Of a stretch of 64,000 nucleotides of DNA, positions 55,193 through 64,000 are shown piece after piece. This DNA is from Octopus bimaculoides. Its lineage: Eukaryota. The notes beneath the pieces are model-generated. The model had not been told where the DNA came from, made no database searches, and was given only the letters and a program-made list of their open reading frames with translations. Each line of letters begins with the position of its first letter. Position 1 is the stretch's first letter. Where the stretch lies: positions 30,703,131 to 30,767,130 of the forward strand of contig NC_068986.1 of assembly GCF_001194135.2 (NCBI RefSeq), in the 5' to 3' direction. A program made the translations under genes and the position numbers.

Positions 55193-56019
55193 CAAGGTGG
55201 TATCAAAAAGTTCTCGGACTAGTTCTGGTGCCAAGTGACAACATTGTGTTTACTTTGCAAGTTGTGAGATTTGTGCTTTTGTGATCACATGTATGCTGTA
55301 GTCTGCAATTTTGTCATGGACAGGAACAAATAGCCAACATGACATTTTACGTTAAACTTGAGAAGTCTGCTACAAAGAGATTGAGCATGCTCTGGCAAGC
55401 TTACAGTGATGAGACAATGAGTCATATGCAATGTTTTGAGCTGCATGGACGCTTCAGATGAGGAATAACGTCCCTGGAAGACAATGAGCATTCTGGAAGG
55501 CCTGCCACGAGCGTCATCCCCAGAAATGTGGTATTGGGCACTGTGAATGTGTCTTCCAGGGCTGGACCATCAATTGGGAGTTCTTCTACTATGTTTTGAA
55601 GTGTTTGAGGGAGGAAATTCAGCAAAAGCAACTGAATCTGTGGTGCACAAAGAATTAGATTCTTCACAACAATGCACCCTATTACCAAGTTCTTCTCATT
55701 TGTGAGTTCCTTGCCAAAAGCAACATGGTATCTCTTCTGCACTTGCCTTATTCGCCAGATTTAGCACTTGCAGACTTCCATATTTTCCCCAAGGTGAAAA
55801 TGCAGCTCAAAGGTCAAATTTTAACACTGTTGTTGAGGTCAAGATTGGATCACAGAAGGTCCTTGACTCACTGGAAAATGACTTCCAGGCCGGATTCCAA
55901 AATTGGCTGGGATGCTGGGCAAGGTTACTCTTTTGAAGGAGATGATGTTAAATCTTAGGCAAATAAGTAATTTTTTTATTAAAACATAACTAGCCTGGGA
56001 ACTTTTTGAAACCACCTCA
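55193..56019 (+). mobile_element. Internally deleted, decayed mariner transposon
   Basis: TA-flanked TIRs (caaggtggtatcaaaaagttc / gaactttttgaaaccacctca); HTH remnant (LEDNEHSGRPATS) and PYSPDLALADFHIFPKVKMQLKG. Confidence 0.9.
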
Positions 56020-57176
56020 TATATTAGAAGTTATCACTACAACTACATGGAATCATAATATATATTACACACACACACTTTAAAGTCCATTTTCCATGCT
56101 GGCATTGGTAGGATGGTTCAATAAGAGCTGGCAAGCCAGAGGATTGCATCAGGCTCCAATAAAGAATTATATTTAATTGTTTCACTTTAGGAAACATAAA
56201 AACCTTCCCTTACCATCTTCATCTTCATTTTATTTTTCTATTTAACAAAGCTATATTTAAAAAATCTCCCACCCCTATCCATCCTTTGTGCAAATGATCT
56301 TCAATATATACATGGTCTATCAACCATTATTTTTAAACAAAACTCTTCAATCAACCATTGGCAGGAGAAACATGGAAGTTCTTTATTTCATTGATTCTTC
56401 GTTTACTCTTTAACTTGTTTCAAGTATTAGACTGCGGCTATGCTGGGGCACCGCCTTGAAGAATATTAGTCGAATAGATTGACCTCAGTACTTTTATTTT
56501 TTAAGTTTGGTACTTATTCCATTGATTTCTTTTGCCGAACTGCTATGTTACAGGAACATAAACACACCAGCAACAGTTTTCAAACAGGGGTGAAGGACAC
56601 AAACAGCCACACACACATACATATATATATATGAACAGCTTCTTTCTGTTTCCGTTTACCAAATCCAGTCAAGCCTATAGTAGAAAACACTAGTCCAACC
56701 TGCCACACAGTGGGACTGAACCTGGAACCATGTGGTTGGGAAGTAAACTTCTTACCAGACAACCACTCCTGCACCTCAACCAATAACAAATATACATTCC
56801 CATGTTTTGGAAACAAAAAAGAACTTCCTCTCTGCAAAAAAAATAAAACAAGAAAAAAAAGTAGATTATTTTAATCAAACAAATAAATTTTGTGCAGTGG
56901 TTTATTATCCTGCAAATGGGGTGCATCACAGCCTGCTTGTGATAAAATTATTTATGCATTTTATATTCATGTTGTCGAACTGTCATTAATAGCAGAAATA
57001 GTAGCTAAGTTCATACATGAAAAAAAAAAAGAAATAATATGGGGATACAACCCACCCCCCTACCTCAATGTATGAGAAACTTTTTGTTGTTCTCTATTAA
57101 CCATGCAAGGAAAACTTTATCCTTAAGTCTAGTCTCGTTTTGAAATTGAAGTAATGAGCATGCGCTAAGTGCTACA

Positions 57177-57200
57177 TCCTTTACGCGCAGCGGTAACGCC
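57177..57200 (+). promoter_or_regulatory. RPL14 TCT/5'TOP-like initiator and short 5' UTR
   Basis: tcctttacgcgcagcggtaacgcc directly before ATG|gtaagg; a pyrimidine start is typical of ribosomal protein mRNAs. Confidence 0.65.
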
Positions 57201-57203
57201 ATG
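57201..57203 (+). CDS. RPL14: RPL14 exon 1 coding part (ATG only)
   Basis: gccATG|gtaagg strong donor; the next exon begins in phase 0 with VFNRKF, the same layout as vertebrate RPL14. Confidence 0.8.
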
Positions 57204-58060
57204 GTAAGGAATGTAAAATTATTCTGTCGCTAAAATCTGCTGTAAAAAATGGTATTTCATTTCTAAATTAAATTTATTTCTCTTTTGGCTTTAACTGGGG
57301 GAACTTAGAACGTTATTCTGTTATATAAACTTTAGTTTTAATCTTGTGAAATCGTTTAAATTGTGAAATTTATTCCCATCGTTTTTCAACATGGCGTGAT
57401 AGAAATCTTTCCTAAATGTAATCATCCTAACCACGTTTCTCTTTTAATAATTATTATCTTTTTTGTCTCTCACACGATTTCTAATTAGTAAATATGATGG
57501 TTCTCCAAAGTCATGAATATTTGTTTAAAATCGATGTTTAAAAAAAGATATCCTTTATATGTGAAAATCCTATTTTAAAACCTTCAGCTCTATATCATCA
57601 TCCACGTGTTATCAACTTTTCACCCACCACACTCGCTTAACAATCAAGTGAAAGGCTTTTTTTTTTTAAAGTCATATAAAGTTGTTGCTTAATTGTATAT
57701 TCTAAATTTTTTAATGGCAAACCAAAAAAAATTATCTTTATGAATTTAAGCATCGCCTCTCGGTCTGCATTTGTAATTTATCGAGAGTATTTTGGAACAA
57801 ATGAAATGAGTTTTATTGATAATTTCTTGGGGATGGGGTGGGGCTATACGTGCATCTTTTTAGGTGGTTAAATTTTTATTTACAGCTGAAAATCCTGAAA
57901 ATGTGTAGATTCTTGAAAAATATATAAAAAAAAAAAACAGCCGATTATGTGGCATGCTTCGGTAAAAATATATTCAAACGACTCCCTTCTGAACCCTTTC
58001 CCTCATCTATGAGGATCCAAATCTGCCGACACTAATTAACTAGTTCTTAAGTTCGGATGC

Positions 58061-58404
58061 GTGGTTAGGGCAGCGGACTCGTGGTCATAGGATCGCGGTT
58101 TCGATTCCCAGACCGGACGTTGTGAGTGTTTATTGAGTGAAAACACCTAAAGCTCCGACGGAATGGCGGCGAACCCTGCTGTACTCTTTCATCACAACTT
58201 TCTCTCTTACTTCCTGTTTTCTGTTGTGCCTGTAATTCAAAGGATCAGCCTTGTCACACTGTGTCAGGCTGAATATCCCCAAGAACTACGTTAAGGGTAC
58301 ACGTGTCTGTGAAGTGCTCAGCCACTTGCACGTTAATTTCATGAGCAGGCTGTTCCGTTGATCGGATCAACTGGAACCCTCGATGTCGGAGTGTCAACAA
58401 CAAA
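58061..58404 (+). mobile_element. tRNA-derived SINE with 9-bp TSD in RPL14 intron 1
   Basis: A/B-box-like head (gtggttaggg…gtttcgattccc), (CAA)n tail, TSD ttcggatgc at 58052-58060 and 58405-58413. Confidence 0.85.
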
Positions 58405-58657
58405 TTCGGATGCATCCTAGAACGTAAATAATTCACGCATCCAGGATTAAAAAAACCAGTTACGATCTAAGATCAGAAGTGATGAAATTATAGTGTAAAA
58501 GGTTAATACGAAATGCTTTTATCCTGAAAGACCGAGCCCTCGTCAGAAAAATGTTATTAATTATGGATTCTAATTTTTAAGAATACTGCATTGCTTGCTA
58601 TATATATGTTTGAAAATATAAATCACACGTGCATCGTTTTTTTTTTTAATTCTATAG

Positions 58658-58762
58658 GTGTTCAATCGGAAATTCGTGGAGGTGGGTCGTGTGGCCTACA
58701 TCGTTAAAGGTGTAGATTCTGGGAAATTGTGCGTCATTATCGACGTTATTGACCAAAACAGA
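58658..58762 (+). CDS. RPL14: RPL14 (eL14) exon 2
   Basis: tatag/…/gtaagt; [35 protein letters not shown]. Confidence 0.96.
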
Positions 58763-58873
58763 GTAAGTTAAAACTTTTTCTGGAGGTACACTCAATGTTT
58801 TTAAAATACCAGGTTGTAATGTTCTTTTTGTAGTCTGAAAATTGGTTTTCCTGCAGTTTCAAAATTATTGAAC

Positions 58874-58930
58874 ATGATGTTAAAATACGGAAGTGGTCTG
58901 ATTGATAGAGATGACAATTTTCATTACTGA
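58874..58930 (+). ncRNA. Box C/D snoRNA candidate, subfamily A copy 1 (RPL14 intron 2)
   Basis: C ATGATGT 58874, D' CTGA 58898, D CTGA 58927; near-identical to the copies at 60491 and 62227. Confidence 0.65.
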
Positions 58931-59343
58931 TATCATTAGTTTTGAAACTGAAGGCTACAAAATATAGCAAATTATCTGATAGTTTAATATAGTTTATCGA
59001 TATATTAGCGCTAACACTCTATCAAAGATAATGTTTTGACAGTGTCGTGTTTTATACAGTAATTTATATATACTGGTTTGTTTCCTATTTTCATTTAAGA
59101 AACCATGACATTTTGTAAATATGAAATCGTGAACTGAGTTAAACATAGCTGAAAGGATGAATGTGCAAAATGCGTTTGATTTATTCTTTTCAATTAGTAA
59201 ACTGGAATACAGTTTATGCAAGATATTAATATCTAGTGAAAAACTTTCCTTATCAACTTATGAGAGTGGAGTGGTTTGTATATGGACACATACAGATATG
59301 TGCATAAACATATGTATACCCCAATAATTGCATAGTGTGGTCC

Positions 59344-59559
59344 AGATGGACTATATGTAATTTGAACCTTTCCCCCCATGTTTTATTTATTTTTTTACGG
59401 AATCCCACGTTTTAGGCTATGGAGATTCCGATTCTGAAAGAAATTTTTCAAAATTTTTTTTTTTCAGAATCGGAATCTCCATAGCCTAAAACGTGGGATT
59501 CCGTTAAAAAAATTAATAAATAAGGGGGGGGAAAGGTTCAGATTACATATAGTCCATCT
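59344..59559. mobile_element. Hairpin MITE in RPL14 intron 2
   Basis: Arms of ~95 nt, including a perfect ~43-bp core around a ~20-nt loop. Confidence 0.75.
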
Positions 59560-60036
59560 CTACCGCATAGTGTTATAAAGAAATAAAAATTTACATTGGT
59601 TGGGAGTGATGTTGAGATTTGAGAAACTAGGGGCTGGATTTCACAGAGACAACACAGACCTTTGAATATTTTGTGTATATCATCCTTAATATTTGTCAAG
59701 TTTAAGTACCATCCTAATATATGCTTGGCATCTTAGGTATCTGTCTTCCATTATATCCTTGAGTTAAATATATTGTGAATGAGATTTGATGGAGAAAGAA
59801 AATCTATCAGACTTGTATGTTCCTGTGTTTTTATATGTCCTTTGACTTAGTGGCTTATCAAAAAATGATTGATAAAATACCAGACTGCAATAAGTACTGG
59901 GGTTGATGTGATTGACTAGAACTCTTGAAGGTGGTGTCCCAGTATAACTGCAGTCTAAGAATTGAAGCTAGTAAAACATATAAAAAGAAAACTTTTTTTT
60001 AAAAATTTTCTATCTAACCATGTTTCATAATTATAG

Positions 60037-60231
60037 GCTTTGATTGATGGACCATGCAGTGGTGTCTTAAGAAAAGCTATCAATTTCAATAGTGTACATC
60101 TGACAAGATTTGTCATCAAGATCAGGCACTCTGCAAGAACCATTGAAGTGAAAAGAGCTTGGGATGCTGCTGACATAACTGGTAAATGGTCTCTGACGAA
60201 ATGGGCTCAAAAGATTATGGCAAGAGAAAAG
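60037..60231 (+). CDS. RPL14: RPL14 exon 3 (downstream exon lies outside the window)
   Basis: tatag/…/gtttgt; ALIDGPCSGVLRKAINFNSVHLTRFVIKIRHSARTIEVKRAWDAADITGKWSLTKWAQKIMAREK. Confidence 0.95.
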
Positions 60232-60490
60232 GTTTGTGTTTTCTTTTTTATATTGTGAATTCATTGCATTCAGAACAGATAAACAAGAATTGTTCTCTGG
60301 TGTTCCTTTCTTGGGAACCTTTAAATTTGAGTGGGTTAGCTATATAGAGCTAGAAGTGACCAAGAAATGAGTTGGTGTTAAAAAGATCAATCCACAGGAT
60401 TCAATCCTTCTGCATGTATGTTCAAAATGTTATTTGGCTGAAATGTAATTTCATGTAATCTAAGTCTTCAAAGTTTCAAAATTATTGAAC

Positions 60491-60548
60491 ATGATGTTAA
60501 AAATACGGAAGTGGTCTGATTGATAAGGAAGACAATTTTCTTTACTGA
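60491..60548 (+). ncRNA. Box C/D snoRNA candidate, subfamily A copy 2 (intron 3)
   Basis: C ATGATGT 60491, guide aatacggaagtggt, D' 60516, D 60545. Confidence 0.65.
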
Positions 60549-61098
60549 TATCATTAATTTTGACACTGAAGACTAGAAATATCTGATAAGTAATTTTAAT
60601 GGTATAATAATTGGCACAAGCAATGGGAGAAATGTCAAAAAGATTTTGCATCTTAGGTATTGATGATTATAAAAAATATTTTAAAGATAAATAGTGGGGA
60701 TATCTGTAAGGAAGAAATTTTTTCATGAAACATTTCTAGTCTAATAATCGCTATCAGAAACGTATAATTTGATGGGGTGTTTCATGTCATTTAGTGAATT
60801 AATATGTAACTTTTACATTTACTGACTAAATTTCACAGTAATTTAAACCAATTTTGGTTACAATTCTGCAAAGTGTTTATAAAGGTGGTTTTCATTAAAA
60901 TAATAGATTTTTACACAAGTAATCAGTAAATCTAGTGTCAGACATTGAAATTTCATTTTTGGCCTATAACTCCCACCCTTTGTTAGCTTCCAGATATTTA
61001 GAAAAGAATGGAATAAGAGACAAAGCTACATGGTTATGAAACGTATGTTGTTAGCTACACCTGCATCAATTATACACAAACACAAACCCAATTAGAAC

Positions 61099-61155
61099 GT
61101 GATGAGAAATGGAAGTGCCGTCTGAATTTATAAGAGGACAAACCTTCATCTCTGA
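61099..61155 (+). ncRNA. Box C/D snoRNA candidate, subfamily B copy 1
   Basis: C GTGATGA 61099, guide tggaagtgccgt, D' 61122, D 61152. Confidence 0.78.
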
Positions 61156-61651
61156 GTGTCCAATTTGGTGTATACAGAAGGAAATTTTCCTACCTATATA
61201 TGTCCAGTAGGGGGGGGGGGATTACGCGCTATTATATCTTAGAATTGTGTCAAGACCATTATCAGTTTTTCCTTTCTGGTAGGAAGCTAAATATAAGGGG
61301 GAAAGGTAAGATGGTAGTGATGGGGTTCCAGAGCAAAATCAACAAATAGATGATATAGATTGCAGGTTAATAAGGGTGAGAGGGGAGAGTACAAAAGTGA
61401 GGTGTGGCTTGAAGGAAAATATCTGGATGGCAAATATTATGAGCAAGGCTTACGAACAGTGTAGAGGATGAGGAATTATGTTAGGGATGAAGTTGAAATG
61501 AGATGCAATCACTATGCTGTAATTGGTGGTTAGCATTTACTTGCATGACTTCACAGTTGCTTGGAGGATATTTGGTCAGTTCTTAAAGGCTTATTTAATG
61601 TTAATTGTGCTCTCTGCATTTATGTGTGTAGCAGATAAATTTTGTTAGAAC

Positions 61652-61706
61652 ATGATGAGACCTGGAAGTGCCGTCTGAACTCTCAGGAAGACGCTTTCAA
61701 ATCTGA
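61652..61706 (+). ncRNA. Box C/D snoRNA candidate, subfamily C copy 1
   Basis: C ATGATGA 61652, D' 61675, D 61703; short terminal stem taga(a)c/gtcta. Confidence 0.8.
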
Positions 61707-62226
61707 GTCTATATGGCATCTTTGGTTAATAGCTTGAAGAGGATTAAATGAAAACTACTTTTAGTGTTTTGGTGGTTTAAAAAAAAAAATGTTAATTTTT
61801 ATAGCTATAACAACAAAAATATAACTAAATATTGCACAGATTTGTAGCTGTTTGAGATACTCATTATGAAGATGGTTTTATTAGTCCCCTCTTTGTTGTA
61901 GTTCTTGACTTTGGTTGGTACCAATCTGTTCAGCTTTGATATTGAAATGTTAGATTAGCTGAGACATGATGCTCCAGTAATATCTGCTGCACATTGTAAA
62001 GCCTGGGTAAAATTTCTGACAGTCCAGCACATGCAAGTTGCTGATGGTTAAACAATAATTAATGAAGGAAAAGGACAATAGCACTCATTGCTTATAATAT
62101 GTATGGATTAGCCATTAAATTATATTATGGTAAAAACCTACAAATAATTTTGTTTACATTGTTATATGGCTTGACTATGATTTCCTGTAATTTAAAAGTG
62201 TCTTCAATGTTTCAAAATTATTGAAC

Positions 62227-62284
62227 ATGATGTTAAAAATACGGAAGTGGTCTGATTGATAGAGAAGACAATTTTCTTTACTGA
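62227..62284 (+). ncRNA. Box C/D snoRNA candidate, subfamily A copy 3
   Basis: C ATGATGT 62227, D' 62252, D 62281. Confidence 0.65.
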
Positions 62285-62713
62285 TATCATTAATTTTGAC
62301 ACTGAAGACTAGAAATATCTGATAAGTAATTTTAGGGGTATAATAATTGGCACAAATCACCATCAGAAAGGTATAATTTGGTGGGTGTTTCATGTCATTT
62401 AGCGAATTAATATGTAATTTTTACATTTACTGATTAAATTTCACAGTAATTTAAACCAATTTTAAGAAATTAGTTATAATTTTGGAAAGTGTTAACAAAG
62501 ATCATTAAAATATATCTTTACTCAAGTAACTAGTGAGTCTAGAGTTTTCTCCCTTGTGCAGCGATTTAAATCTAGTGTCGGGCATGTATTTTTGGTTTAT
62601 CAACATATAATCTCAACCCTTCAAGATATTTAGAAAGGAAGCTACATGGTTACAAAACAATCTGTGGTCACTTAACCACGCCTACATCTGTTACACACAA
62701 ACCCAATTAGAGC

Positions 62714-62770
62714 GTGATGAGAAATGGAAGTGCCGTCTGAATTCATAAGAAGACAAACCTTCATCTCTGA
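62714..62770 (+). ncRNA. Box C/D snoRNA candidate, subfamily B copy 2
   Basis: C GTGATGA 62714, D' 62737, D 62767; core differs from copy 1 at only 2 positions. Confidence 0.78.
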
Positions 62771-63270
62771 GTATCTAATTTGGTGTATACAGAGAAAAAA
62801 TTGTCCTACCTATATATGTCGGGTGGGGTAGATGGTACCTAGCTATTTTAGAATAGTGTGTCAAGACCATTATCCAAGTTGTGTTTTTTTTTTCTTTCTG
62901 ATAGGTAGTTAACTATCAGGGGAAAGGTAAGGTGGTAGTGATGGGGATTCCAGAGCAAAATCAACAAATAGGTGATATGGATTGCAGATCAGGAGTAGGG
63001 TGTGGCTAATATGTGGGGAATGAAGGGTGAAGGAAAATATCTGGGTGGCAAAAATAATGAGCAAGGCATACGAACAATGTAGAGGATGAGAAATTACATT
63101 AGAGATGAAGTTGAAATGAGATGCAATTACTATGCTGTAATTGGTAGTTAGCATTTACTTGCATGACTTCACAGTTGCTTGAAAGATATTTGGTCAGTTC
63201 TTAAAGGCTATTTAATATTAATTGTGCTCCCTGCATTTATGTGTGTAGCATAAATAAATTTCGTTAGAAC

Positions 63271-63325
63271 ATGATGAGACATGGAAGTGCCGTCTGAACT
63301 CTCAGGAAGACGCTTTCAAATCTGA
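63271..63325 (+). ncRNA. Box C/D snoRNA candidate, subfamily C copy 2
   Basis: C ATGATGA 63271, D' 63294, D 63322; core differs from copy 1 at 1 position. Confidence 0.8.
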
Positions 63326-64000
63326 GTCTATACGGTATCTTTGGTTAATAGTTTGAAGAGGATAGAATGAAAGCAATACTCTTAGCAATTTGGTGTGTTT
63401 TGTTTTTATTTTTATAGCTATGACTTGATTACTGTTGTTGACAGCAAAAATGTAACTAAGTAATATTGCACAGATTTGTAAATGTTTGATGTACTCATTA
63501 TGAAGATAGTTTTGTCTCTTCCTTGTAGTTCTTGACTTTGGCTGGTACCAATCTGTTCAGCTTTGATATTGAAATATGTTAAATTGAGACATCAAATTCC
63601 AGTAATATCTGGTACACATTGTTGGGTAAAACTTTGCATTGGCAATGAAATTATGGATCCTGTTATTCTGCTAGAAACTAGATTACTTTTGTCTATATGG
63701 TATGTTTAACAAAAAAAGATTTAAAAAGCCAGTATGTACATTTACCTCATAAATGAAATAATGTTGCTGGTGTTTCTACAGTATCATTTTTACAATTTTC
63801 ACCACTTCCTAGTTAAATCTTCATAAACGTTCAAATTTTAATTTGGACATTTTCAGTGTTGGAAAGGACAATGTTCTTGGTTCTTCCCTTGTACCAGTTT
63901 GTATTTCCTTCATTTCTAATTAATACTTCAATACTCTTGCACCATAAGTATTACATTCCATCCTTTCTTGATCTCCATTGCTTCATAACTACTATCAAAG

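Larger units (their letters stand above)
60440..63640 (+). repeat. Tandem duplication of a ~1.6-1.7-kb unit in RPL14 intron 3
   Basis: Offsets A 1736, B 1615, C 1619 nt; spacer blocks are collinear with indels. Confidence 0.9.

Noticed and set aside
58061-58110. tRNA gene
   Set aside because: 5'-truncated tRNA-like head continuing into a SINE body with a CAA tail and TSD; no complete cloverleaf.
61310-61530. Purine-rich spacer whose minus strand might be a LINE endonuclease relic (SHFNF…TQIFSFT…HTLLLI)
   Set aside because: Similarity is too weak to call without a search.
58884-63297. Repeated GGAAGTG as an array of intronic ETS enhancer sites
   Set aside because: Fixed spacing between C, D' and D boxes in all seven copies fits snoRNA guides better; a dual role is not excluded.

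Overview
AT-rich, microsatellite- and SINE-rich eukaryotic genomic DNA with five N-gaps. It is most likely a coleoid cephalopod (Octopus-like), inferred from repeat content and protein sequences. Three intron-containing genes are present. (1) SMURF1/2-type C2-WW-HECT E3 ligase on +: 16 coding exons from 6558 to 31965, with the first exons lying outside the window. (2) A complete METTL9 (DREV) histidine methyltransferase on -: 6 exons, 51930..38929, 307 aa. (3) The 5' part of RPL14 on +: TOP-like start near 57178, ATG 57201, exons to 60231, last exon(s) beyond the window. The most striking unexplained structure is in the RPL14 introns: seven paralogous box C/D snoRNA-like units in three subfamilies. 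Six of them sit in one intron as a tandemly duplicated A-B-C cassette, interleaved with conserved candidate mini-exons. Other points of note: a Penelope-type minimal hammerhead ribozyme, several long hairpins/MITEs (two with telomere-like TTAGGG repeats), a degenerate and in-frame-skippable Smurf WW1 exon, and Smurf codons where A-to-I editing would restore conserved residues. All homology and rRNA comparisons are from memory; no searches were run. TE boundaries are approximate.
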